Shown piece after piece: positions 8,939-18,016 of a DNA stretch of 64,000 nucleotides (positions are counted from its first letter, which is position 1; the number at the start of each line of letters is the position of its first letter). A model generated the notes under the pieces. The model ran no database searches. It saw only the letters and a list, made by a program, of their open reading frames with translations, and was not told the origin of the DNA. The stretch comes from Candidatus Binatia bacterium. Its GTDB lineage: Bacteria > Desulfobacterota > Binatia > UBA12015. The stretch is from the NCBI GenBank assembly GCA_029243485.1, contig JAQWRY010000021.1, forward strand, positions 118,531-182,530, in the 5' to 3' direction. Made by a program: the position numbers and the translations under genes.

Positions 8939-11323
8939 TTAGAACTGGTAGGTCAGCTCGGCCCCCCAGAGCCGAGGAGCCGCGTAGGTCCTCTGGAGGG
9001 TTCCGATCGAACCGGCGAGATTGAAGGCCGAATTGAAGTAGGTCTCGTCCGTCAGATTCCGGCCCCAGAGAGCGACCTGCGCCCGGTCGTCCAGGAAGTC
9101 GTAGCTCAGCCGCGCGTTCAGCAGGCTGTACCCTGGCTGCGTGGCCTGCTCGAGTTCCGGGCCGACGAACATGTCCCGATCCCGGTAGGCCCACTCGACG
9201 CGGGGGGTGAGGAAGCCCGAGAGCCAGCCCTCCACCTCGACCGGAATCGAGTACTGAGCAGCCACGAACGAGTTGTACTCGGGCGAGTTGGGAAGCCGCT
9301 CGCCCGAGCGATCCAGGGGCTCCGACCCCCCGAGCGAGTTCGTGGAGTTCGGGAAGGAATCGTACTTCGCATCGAGGAAGCCGAAGTTCGCGGTGATCAT
9401 CAGGCCGTCGATCGGAATCGCCCGGAGCTCCGCCTCGACGCCCCGGATCCTCGCCTTCGCCGCGTTGAGGGTGAGGGCGCGAACCTCGAGTTCCCCCTCG
9501 TCGCCGATCTCCGATTCGAGCTGCGTCCTCTGAATGCCGTCGTACTTGCTTTCGAACACCGCCAGATTCAACGTGACGCGCTGATCGAACCCGATGATCT
9601 TGGCACCGATCTCGAAGTTATCGAGCGTCTCCGGCTCGAACGGGAGCAGTCCGAGATCGGCATCACCACCCAGAACCGCATTCAAGCCGCCCCCTTTGAA
9701 GCCGCGCGAGTACGTGAAGTAGCCCATCAGGTGATCGAGCTGCGCCGGCGCGAGCCACTCCTCGGGAGCGAAGAGCGCGAGACTCGCCATCGGCGTCCAA
9801 GCCGTGAAGATCTTGTCCCCCGTCACGTTGACGAAAACCTGATCCTCTTCGGGAAGGTTCACGTTCCGATTGATTTGCTGACTACCCTTCTTGTCTTCGG
9901 TGTACCGGATCCCGCCCGTGACGCTGAGCCAGTCGAGCGGGCTCACCGTGCCTTGAGCGAACAGGGCCCAGTTCCAGTTGTCCGAGATCACCCGGGTGAC
10001 GTTGTTCTGATTGACGAGGGGAACCTGCACACCGTTGCGGCGATCCGACTTCTCCCAGAAGAGGAAGGCGCCGGTCACGAAGCTGATCTTCTCCTCCCAC
10101 GCGGACGCCGCGAGCTGCAGCTCTTGCTGAACCTGCTGCGCCGTCCCGGCCCGCCCGTCGATCGGGTCCGCGCCGCCAATGTTCGCGATCTGGATTACCG
10201 GGAGCGCCGTTCCGTCTACGTCCCCCGCCGTCGGACTCTTCTGCTGACGCCAACTCGTGATCGACTTCGCCGTGATCTCCTGCAGCGGGCCAAGATCCCC
10301 GACGTCGTACGCAATCGTTCCCCAGGCACCCCAAGACGACGTCGCTGCGATCTGGTCGACGTTCGTCGAAATCACACGCGGGCTCGTCTGGCGACAACGG
10401 TTGTAGTAGTCCTCGCTGCCCAGCCCTCCCGGCTGGATGAAGACACACTCGCCGCTCGCGCTGTGAGTTTGATCCTTGAACCAGCTGCCGCTCACGTCGA
10501 TCGTGAGATCACTCGTCGGCACGAAACGCAGTGCGCCGATGAACGAGAGGCCGTTCTCCTCACCCCAGAACTCGTCGAAGTTCTTGTTGTACACGTAGCC
10601 GTCGCGATTACGTGAGGCGAAGGTGAACCGCGAGAACAACATCCCATCGATGACCGGAACGTCGAGACTCATGCGCGTGCGGATCTGCCCCATGTTTCCG
10701 GGGCGCACCGAAAACAGCGCCTTCAACTCGTCGCCGGGCTTCACCGTCGTGACACTCACGGCGCCGCCCACAGTGTTCTTTCCGAACAAGGTCCCCTGCG
10801 GACCGCGCAAGACTTCGACCGACTGGATGTCGACCACGTCGAAGATCGAGCCCTGCGCGCGCGGCAAGTACACGCCGTCGATGTAGAGACCCACTCCCGG
10901 ATCGAACGACACGCCGACGCCGGAGCTACCGACACCACGAATGACGATCTGGGCGACCTGCGCGGATCCGCCACTCTGGATCGTGAGGTTAGGGACGAGC
11001 TGCTGGATCTGGTCGATCCGCGTGACGTTGGAGTTCTGCAACGACGCCATGCTGAGGGCCGTCACGGCAATCGGAGTGTCTTCGAGGAACTCTTCGCGAC
11101 GCCGCGCCGTAACCGTGATCTCCTCGATCTTCGAGATCGCCTGAAGCGCGCGTCCTTCCTCACGAGCGCCGCTATCGATCTCGCCCAACGCGGTCTCCTC
11201 GACCGGAGGCGGCGTGGCCGGCAGCGATCCTTCCACTGCGGCGGGCTGCGCCCCCGCGCGGCCCCCAAGAACCAGGACGAGCGTGAAGGCGAAAGCTCTC
11301 AGAGCGCTGTGGAAACGATTCAC
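8939..11323 (-). CDS. TonB-dependent outer-membrane receptor
   Basis: 794-aa ORF with a signal peptide and plug region EEITVTARRREEFLEDTPIAVTAL. Long beta-barrel with terminal ...WGAELTYQF aromatic residue. TAA stop. Confidence 0.9.
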   Translation of the reverse strand: MNRFHSALRAFAFTLVLVLGGRAGAQPAAVEGSLPATPPPVEETALGEIDSGAREEGRALQAISKIEEITVTARRREEFLEDTPIAVTALSMASLQNSNVTRIDQIQQLVPNLTIQSGGSAQVAQIVIRGVGSSGVGVSFDPGVGLYIDGVYLPRAQGSIFDVVDIQSVEVLRGPQGTLFGKNTVGGAVSVTTVKPGDELKALFSVRPGNMGQIRTRMSLDVPVIDGMLFSRFTFASRNRDGYVYNKNFDEFWGEENGLSFIGALRFVPTSDLTIDVSGSWFKDQTHSASGECVFIQPGGLGSEDYYNRCRQTSPRVISTNVDQIAATSSWGAWGTIAYDVGDLGPLQEITAKSITSWRQQKSPTAGDVDGTALPVIQIANIGGADPIDGRAGTAQQVQQELQLAASAWEEKISFVTGAFLFWEKSDRRNGVQVPLVNQNNVTRVISDNWNWALFAQGTVSPLDWLSVTGGIRYTEDKKGSQQINRNVNLPEEDQVFVNVTGDKIFTAWTPMASLALFAPEEWLAPAQLDHLMGYFTYSRGFKGGGLNAVLGGDADLGLLPFEPETLDNFEIGAKIIGFDQRVTLNLAVFESKYDGIQRTQLESEIGDEGELEVRALTLNAAKARIRGVEAELRAIPIDGLMITANFGFLDAKYDSFPNSTNSLGGSEPLDRSGERLPNSPEYNSFVAAQYSIPVEVEGWLSGFLTPRVEWAYRDRDMFVGPELEQATQPGYSLLNARLSYDFLDDRAQVALWGRNLTDETYFNSAFNLAGSIGTLQRTYAAPRLWGAELTYQF

Positions 11324-11691
11324 GAGTCAGATTAATGGCTGATCCCTTGCTGGAATGTAAGCGACAGGAAGCCGCGACGCGGCCGACGCTGAAAAACTCA
11401 CGCCCGTGGCCTGCGCAACTTCGACCGGCGCTCGATGATCATCACGACGGGCCGCGGTACGATTCTCGATGCCCCACACCTGCCGCTCACCGCGCCAACC
11501 GGCGTCACGGTCCAACTCCACGATGTCGCGTCGGGGAATTGCTGGGGCGGCTACTTCCCTGAGACGGCGATCGAACGAAACCAGTCCGGAGGTCTTCCGA
11601 GCCACCCCAAGGGGGCCGGGTGCAGTCGTTCCAGCGCTGCGATAGGCTCGGCGGATGAAGGAGGCCGCCCGGATCAACGAAGCCCCGCTCC

Positions 11692-13338
11692 GTGTCGTCA
11701 ATGGCAGCCTGCGTGTCTCGGATGAGCGCTAGTCGCTCGGCGCGTTGGGTCGGCGGTTCGCTCGTTTTCCTGTTCGTGCTGGCGCGAGCGCTGATGCTGT
11801 TCGAGCCGGCTCTTCTCATCCTGACGCCGGACGTCAAGGAGCACGTATCGATCGCCAACGCCTTCACGCTCGGACAGGGCTTCGTCAACCCGATCCAGTG
11901 GTACTTCGCGCTCCCGGGCCCACCGCCGATCCCAGCTGCGGCCACGCGGGCACCCGTGGTGCCCTTGTTGTTGACCGGCGCGTTCAGCACCGGGGCCAAC
12001 CTTGCGCAGGCGATGTATGCGCACATCGTCTTGGCAGGGTTCGTGGCCATAGGGATGTTCCTGGTCACGTGTCGGTTCACGCGGCCACCGTTGGCCGCGG
12101 CGGCAGTCCTCCTGATCGTGACCACCTCGTCCTGGACCGTCGTAACCAATACCGCACTCACGGAGATCACCGGACTCGCAGTCTCCATGCTCGTGATCGC
12201 GACGGCCGCTGGCGTCGGTCGCTCGTGGTCCGGCGCGATCCTCTGCGCCGTGGTCACCGTTCTGGCCTGGCTCACACGACCGAATCTTGCACCGCTCGGG
12301 TTGGCGGTTGCGGTCGCCGTCGCCTGGGATGTCCGCCGGCCGTCGGCGTTCATTCGTTCCCCCGTACCCGTCTACCTGGTCACGGTGATCAGCTCGATGA
12401 GCCTCGTATCCTGGCTGATCACGGCCGGCACGGGACTCCCCCCCTACGACGGCTATCGACATGCGTTCGAACACTTCCCCGAGGCCCGAGCCTTCCGCTA
12501 CGGGCTCGAGTACGTCGGGGCAGCGACCTTCATCGAGGCCCATTTCGACAAAATCGTTGCGGCCTGCCTCGCGAATGCACGCTCGTTGTCGGCAACGCTC
12601 TTCGAATCCGGTCAGTTCCAGTTCGCCGGATGGTGGCTTCTCGCGGGAACGATCTCCGTCCTGAGTGCGCCGTCTCGCTCGACCGTAGAGCAACGAATCC
12701 TCGTGCTCGGCGGGCTCGGCTTCAGCACAATGATCGTGCTTTCGTATCCGACGTTCGACCGACTCCGCTACCCGCTGTTCCCGGCGACGTTCGGAATTCT
12801 TGCTGGGGCGGGAGCCCTCGAGCAAGCGATCACCTGGTGCGAGAAGCGCCTCCCCGCGTTTCAGCCAGACATGCTGAACCATGGAGCTTGGGCCTGTGTT
12901 CTTGCGCCCTCCGTCTGGGTTCTGTTGACCCTCCCGTCGCTGCCGCCCACCATCGTTAGCCCGAACAAATCGCGATCGGTGGACTGCTCGCTGTTCGAAC
13001 CCGGCACGCTAATCATGAGCGACGAGCCATGGCGCGTCCATTGGATGTGCGGAAACCCGGCGGTGCGGGTGCCGAGTAATTTCCCTTCTGAGGAAGTCCG
13101 GCTGCGCTTCCTGGCCGACTACGCACCTCGCTACTTCATTACCTACAGGAAAGTGCTCACGAGCCGTGCGAAAGAAGACCCGGAGCTCCGATTCCTCGGA
13201 CCGTTCGGCATCGGTTTCGCGTTCGAGTTCACGAACGCCCCCCTCGCGAAGAAGCCAGGGCTCATCGTACGGCCGCCAAGGTGCCGCCTCACCCCATCGG
13301 CGCCGGGCTGCGAAGACCCGCCGCCCGCAGAGCCTTGA
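11692..13338 (+). CDS. polytopic GT-C-like (ArnT/PMT-like) membrane protein with Cys-containing periplasmic C-terminal domain
   Basis: 548-aa ORF with about 10 or more hydrophobic segments. The first loop, DVKEHVSIANAFTLGQGFVNPIQWYF...PGPPPIPAAATRAPVVPLLL, resembles the Asp/Glu loop of GT-C glycosyltransferases. It is a clear paralogue of 13631..15604. The gene call is firm; the function is inferred. Confidence 0.6.
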   Translation: MSSMAACVSRMSASRSARWVGGSLVFLFVLARALMLFEPALLILTPDVKEHVSIANAFTLGQGFVNPIQWYFALPGPPPIPAAATRAPVVPLLLTGAFSTGANLAQAMYAHIVLAGFVAIGMFLVTCRFTRPPLAAAAVLLIVTTSSWTVVTNTALTEITGLAVSMLVIATAAGVGRSWSGAILCAVVTVLAWLTRPNLAPLGLAVAVAVAWDVRRPSAFIRSPVPVYLVTVISSMSLVSWLITAGTGLPPYDGYRHAFEHFPEARAFRYGLEYVGAATFIEAHFDKIVAACLANARSLSATLFESGQFQFAGWWLLAGTISVLSAPSRSTVEQRILVLGGLGFSTMIVLSYPTFDRLRYPLFPATFGILAGAGALEQAITWCEKRLPAFQPDMLNHGAWACVLAPSVWVLLTLPSLPPTIVSPNKSRSVDCSLFEPGTLIMSDEPWRVHWMCGNPAVRVPSNFPSEEVRLRFLADYAPRYFITYRKVLTSRAKEDPELRFLGPFGIGFAFEFTNAPLAKKPGLIVRPPRCRLTPSAPGCEDPPPAEP

Positions 13339-13361
13339 AACCCGATCCGAGCTAGCTCGAA

Positions 13362-13607
13362 AAGTGGAAGGACGCATTCCATCCGAACAGCATTGAATTC
13401 GTCTCGACCCGCCAGCGGGACTCGAGGACTCCGACCTCCTGATCAGCCTGCGCAATCTCGACCGGATCGCTCTCATCGACAGCAAGCGCGGGAAGGTGCT
13501 GTGGAGTTGGGGAGGGCAGCCTGTTCTGGACAGGCAACGTCCTGATCACCGAGAGCGCCAAGGGTCGTGTGTTCGAAGTCACGCCCGCCTGCCGGATGAC
13601 ACCGTAG
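13362..13607 (+). pseudogene. arylsulfotransferase (ASST)-like beta-propeller remnant
   Basis: Three frames of the spacer give KWKDAFHPNSIEFVSTR / DSDLLISLRNLDRIALIDSKRGKVLWSWGG / WTGNVLITESAKGRVFEVTPA. This matches the H-x-N-S-I ... L-I-S-x-R ... I-D-x-x-x-G-K-V-x-W pattern of ASST-family proteins. Confidence 0.35.
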
Positions 13608-13630
13608 GTCGGGTTGGCTAGGCTCCTCCG

Positions 13631-15916
13631 GTGTCCCGACCCGCCCTCAACCCGACGACCCGCACCGTCCGGTTCGTCGGTGCGGTACTGGTATTCGCCG
13701 TCGCGGTGACTGTCTCGACGATCGCGCTCGACCCCGCGCGGATCCTGCTCAGCCCCGACGTGATCGAGCACGTCTCAATCGCCAACGCCCTGTCGCTCGG
13801 ACATGGCTTCGTGAACCCGGTCCAGTGGTACTACTCGCTGCCGGGGCCGCCTCCACTTCCTGCGGCGGCATCGCGCGCCCCTGTGCTCCCCCTGCTCCTC
13901 GCCGGGGCGTTCAGCGCCGGAGCCGACCTTCGCGAAACGGTGTACGCGCATATTCTCTTCTCGGCTCTGGTCGCCGTCGGGATGTTTCTGCTCACATGTC
14001 GCTTTGCGAGACCCGTTCTGGCCGCCGCGGCTACGATCCTCGTGGTGACGTCTCCGATCTGGGCGATGGTGAGCACCAGCCTGCTCTCGGAAGTCACAGG
14101 GCTCGCAGCCTGTCTTCTGATCGTCGCGACGGCGGCCGGCGCCGGCCGCGCTCGAAGCGGCGCGATCGTCTGTGCGCTCGCGACGGTGCTCGCGTGGCTC
14201 ACCCGTCCGAACCTCGCGCCCATTGCCTTGGCCGTCGCCGTGGCAATCGCCTGGGACGTCCGGCGACCCAGGGCGCTGCTTCGGTCTCCGGTCGCGCTCT
14301 ACGTTCTCGCGGTCGTCGCCGGAACGGCCGTCGTGTCCTGGTTCTCGACGATCATGACCGGCCTTCCGCCGTATGACGGATACCGTCACGTCTTCGAACA
14401 CTTCCCGGAGGCGCGCGCCTACCGCTACGGGACCGAGTACGTCGGCACCTTCACCTTCATCCAAGCGCACTTCGACAAGGTCGTGGAGGCCTGTCTCTCC
14501 CACGCCAGCCAGCTGTCGTCGGAATTCTTCACGTCGAGCCGGTATCGCTTCGCCGGCTGGTGGCTCCTCGCCGGCGTTCTCTGCGTTGCGCGCTCGCCGT
14601 CGCGCGCCACGGTCGAGGAGCGCGTCCTCGCTTTGTCTGGACTCGGCTTCAGCCTGATGATCGTGCTCACGTATCCGGCCTTCGACCACCTGCGATACCC
14701 GCTGTTTCCGGCCATCTTCGGAATTCTGGTTGGAATCGGCGCGGTCGAAAGAACACTGCAATGGGTGGAAGCGCGGCGGCCCACGTTCCGCTGGGCGAAT
14801 TTCGAGCGCCCCTTATGGGCCGGCCTGATCGTACTCTCCGCGGGACTCACATGGACGATCGCCGCGGGATCGCGAAGCATCGCCGCCGCGCCCGAAACGA
14901 TGAGCCTGGATTGCTCGGTCCTCGCCCCCGGTGAGCTCGTCATGACCGACGAGCCGTGGAGCGTTCACTGGATGTGTGGCAACCCGGTGATCCGCGTTCC
15001 GGCCGACCTAATGCTCGATGGGATACGGGATCAGTTCCTCGGTGACTTCGACCCCCAGTACTTCATCGCGTATCGAAAACTCTGGGGACAACGCGCGATG
15101 CGCGATCCCGAGATGCGACTCATCCCCACGGCCGGTCCGGAAAAGGTCTTCGAGATCGCTCGCGAGTCACCCCCCGCAACACGAGGACCGATCATCCACC
15201 CGCCGGCGTGTCGTCTCGACCCCTCCCCTGCGCCCTGTACGGATCTCGCTGCAGCACCGCCGGCGACATCCCCCAACGTCGTACTCGTCGTGATCGACGC
15301 TCTTCGGCGCGATCACCTCGGCATGTTCGGCGACACGCGCCCCACGAGTCCCAATCTCGACGCGCTCGCGCGTGAGGGTGTTTTGTTCACGAACCTCTCG
15401 AGCGTCTCTGCCCAGACGGCCCCCGCAGTCTCCAGCCTCTTCACCGGCCGGTACCCATCGGAGAGCGGCGTCCAGCTCTACGCGCGCGACCTGTCCTTCG
15501 GAAACGGACGAAAGCGGCCCGTGCTGGACGACTCACTCACGGTCCTTGCCGAATCGATGCCCGACGCGGGATACGCGACCGCCGCGGTCGTATCGAACCC
15601 ATAGCTCTCTCCAGAGAACGGGTTCGCTCAGGGGTTCGACGAGTTCATCGAAATCGAATGCGGTGGACTGCGGCCGAAGAAGAAGCCCCCGTGCCAGGCC
15701 GACCAGGTCTTCGATGCCGCGTGGCCCTTCCTCGAGAAAGGCAAGCAGCCCTTCTTCCTCTACCTCCACCTGATGGACGTCCATAGTCCGTACATCAAGC
15801 CGGGAATCACCACTCGAATGTTCGTCACGGAGAAGGGGCGCGACCGCTACCAGAACGGACCCGCGGCGGAGCTGAGCGACGTCGATCGCGAATTCATGAT
15901 CGCCCTCTACGACGAA
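13631..15916 (+). pseudogene. GT-C-like membrane protein fused to an LtaS/EptA-type alkaline-phosphatase-superfamily ('sulfatase') domain; in-frame TAG and 3' truncation
   Basis: The N-terminal 500 aa are paralogous to 11692..13338. Then PNVVLVVIDALRRDHLG...SAQTAPAVSSLFTGRYP (Thr-type nucleophile motif). TAG at 15602..15604 sits inside VVSNP*LSPENGFAQGFDEF. The same frame continues ...QPFFLYLHLMDVHSPY...ALYDE, and the domain then ends abruptly. Confidence 0.6.
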
Positions 15917-16024
15917 CTGACGGGGTCGTTCCTCCTTCTTTCCCGACCCGGCGCGATCGGCGCAGCCCGCATCGGCGAGCGACGTTGCTGGCATACGGCG
16001 CGTCGATCTGAGAGAGAGCCCCCC

Positions 16025-17020
16025 ATGCATGTCGGATTTGGAACGGTCTTTCAGAGCCAACCCGGAGTCGAGGACCACGTCGTCTACCAGAGAGAGATTG
16101 CGGACGCCGTCCGCGCCGAAGCGCTCGGCTTCGATTCGGCGTGGTGCACGGAACACCACTTCGGCGATTACATGCTGAGTCCGGACCCGTTCCAGTGGCT
16201 CTCGTTCATGGCCGCGGCAACGACGAAGCTCGATCTCGGCACGATGGTCTCGGTCCTCCCGTGGCACGACCCGATGTGGGTGACCGAAAAAATCGCAATG
16301 CTGGACGCGATCTCCGGCGGGCGGGTCATTCTCGGCGTAGGGCGGGGAACCGCTCCGAAGGAGTACGGGCTCTACGGCGTCGACGTCGAGACCAGTCGTG
16401 CGCGCTTTGCCGAGTCCGCAAAGATGGTGATCAACGGACTCGAACAGGGCTACTGCGAGTTCGATGGGACCTACATCCAACAGAAACGGGCCGACATTCG
16501 CCCGCGACCGTTCAAGTCGTTCCGAGGTCGAACGTACGCGTCGGCCGTTTCACCTGAGTCGTTCCCCCTCTGTGCCGAGCTCGACGTGGGCCTCCTCTTT
16601 ATTCCGCAGAAACCGCTCGAGCAGCATCAAATCGATCACGAAGCGTATCGCGAGCACTTTCTTCGGCTCCACCAGCGCGAGCCAATCCCGGCGATCTACG
16701 TCGGCTGGGTCGTGTGTGACGAGAACGAGAACCGCGCCCGCGAGCTCGCCTACGAACACATCGGCCGGTACTGGGACAGCGCCGTCCAGCACTACGGGAT
16801 GCAGGTACCCGAATCGATGACCGAGGTCTTCGTGAACGCGCACCCGTGGGGGACCCCCGAGCAGGTAGCCGAGAAGATCGCCGCGACGTGTCGGCAGCTC
16901 CGCGCCGACCGCTTCGTGGGCGTGTTCAACATGGTGGGCATGGAGCCCGAGTTCGCGCGGGCCAATCTCGAGCTGTTCTCGGAACGAGCTCTTCCCCTCC
17001 TCGAGCAGGAGCAGCTTTGA
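16025..17020 (+). CDS. LLM-class (luciferase-like) flavin-dependent oxidoreductase
   Basis: ATG 16025 inside ORF 15773..17020. MHVGFGTVFQ...ALGFDSAWCTEHHFGDYMLSPDPFQWLSFMAAATTKLDLGTMVSVLPWHDP...GGRVILGVGRG. Confidence 0.85.
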   Translation: MHVGFGTVFQSQPGVEDHVVYQREIADAVRAEALGFDSAWCTEHHFGDYMLSPDPFQWLSFMAAATTKLDLGTMVSVLPWHDPMWVTEKIAMLDAISGGRVILGVGRGTAPKEYGLYGVDVETSRARFAESAKMVINGLEQGYCEFDGTYIQQKRADIRPRPFKSFRGRTYASAVSPESFPLCAELDVGLLFIPQKPLEQHQIDHEAYREHFLRLHQREPIPAIYVGWVVCDENENRARELAYEHIGRYWDSAVQHYGMQVPESMTEVFVNAHPWGTPEQVAEKIAATCRQLRADRFVGVFNMVGMEPEFARANLELFSERALPLLEQEQL

Positions 17021-17907
17021 GCACCAGCGAGACCATCCTCGTTGCCGGCAGTACCGGATACGTCGGGCGCTACATCGTGCAGGAGTTGGCCACGCGCGGC
17101 TACAGCGTGCGGGCGCTCACGCGAAGCGAGGAGCGCCTCGGAGAGATCGGCCCCTTCGGCGCGCCGGCCGTTCGCCAGGCATGTGCTGAAGTCGCCGTCG
17201 CCGAGGTCACTCGGCCCGAGGTGCTGCCCGGCGCATTCGACGGCGTCGACGCAGTCATATCCAGCGTCGGCATCTCTCGGCAGCGTGACGGCCTGACGTT
17301 CGACCAAGTCGACCACCTGGCGAACAAGAACCTCATCGAAGCCGCGACGGCCGCCGGAGTTCGCAAGTTCGTCTACGTATCGCTGTGGGATCCCAACGTG
17401 GTCGCACATCTCGAGATTGTTCGCGCGCACGAGAAGGTCGTCGCCGCCCTCGAATCGAGCGGGCTCGAACACACCATCGTCCGGCCCTCGGGCTACTTTT
17501 CCGACATGGGCGCCCTTCTCGACATGGCACGCCGCGGGCGCTCCTTCGTGATCGGCGACGGGACCAATTGCATGAACCCGATCCACGGCGCCGATGTCGG
17601 TCGCGTCTGCGCCGATGCACTCGATAGCCCAGAGCGAGAACTGGGCGCAGGCGGCCCCGACATCTACACCCAGCGCGAAGCGGCCGAGCTCGCCTTCGAG
17701 GTCCTCGGACGTGAGCCGAAGATCACCGCCGTGCCGATCTGGCTGTGCAACCTGCTCGCCCGCGGAATCGGGCTTCTCAGCACGCAGTTCGGAGACCTCG
17801 CCGAGTTTCTCGTAACGGCGGGACAGGTGAGCGCCGTCGCGCCGCAAGTCGGGCGGATCTCGTTGCGGGAGTACTTCGAGCAGCTCCTTACCGACGAGAA
17901 GAAGTAG
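17017..17907 (+). CDS. NAD(P)H-binding atypical SDR (NmrA-like)
   Basis: TTG 17017 overlaps the upstream TGA (TTGA). STSETILVAGSTGYVGRYIVQELATRGYSVRALTRS is a Rossmann motif. TAG stop. Confidence 0.75.
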   Translation: MSTSETILVAGSTGYVGRYIVQELATRGYSVRALTRSEERLGEIGPFGAPAVRQACAEVAVAEVTRPEVLPGAFDGVDAVISSVGISRQRDGLTFDQVDHLANKNLIEAATAAGVRKFVYVSLWDPNVVAHLEIVRAHEKVVAALESSGLEHTIVRPSGYFSDMGALLDMARRGRSFVIGDGTNCMNPIHGADVGRVCADALDSPERELGAGGPDIYTQREAAELAFEVLGREPKITAVPIWLCNLLARGIGLLSTQFGDLAEFLVTAGQVSAVAPQVGRISLREYFEQLLTDEKK

Positions 17908-18016
17908 GCAACCCCGGGCGATTCGCCCAACGGGGCGTTTCGGACGGGGCCCTACTCCACAGCCGTCTGCCAGACGCCGTTGCGCTCGCCCGTCGCTTCG
18001 AAGCGCGCGCCGACCC

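Noticed and set aside
8774-10615. 613-aa + strand ORF. Similar long ORFs occur at 18086..20632(+), 55327..57798(+), 22581..24068(-), 21322..22602(-), 39095..40186(-), 41705..43096(+), 60627..62063(+), 16792..18246(-), 25591..26964(+), 11698..12882(-) and 11745..12959(+).
   Set aside because: All are antisense or alternate-frame to strongly supported genes (TonB receptor, hrpB, RND pump and others). Their products are R/G/P/A-rich and low in complexity. This is the expected stop-poor artefact of a high-GC sequence.
11324-11691. Possible cobalamin or TPP riboswitch upstream of the TonB-dependent receptor.
   Set aside because: An AGGGAA element and a CTGAGA element are present. The obligatory neighbouring conserved blocks (GGTG.AA.TCC, GCCACTG and the B12 box for cobalamin; ACCC...CCTGATCTGGATAATGCC for TPP) are not.
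17912-17935. Hairpin CCCCGGGCGATTCGCCCAACGGGG after the NmrA-like gene, considered as a terminator.
   Set aside because: The stem is imperfect and only a weak CGTTT tail follows. It is plausible but too weak to list as a feature.
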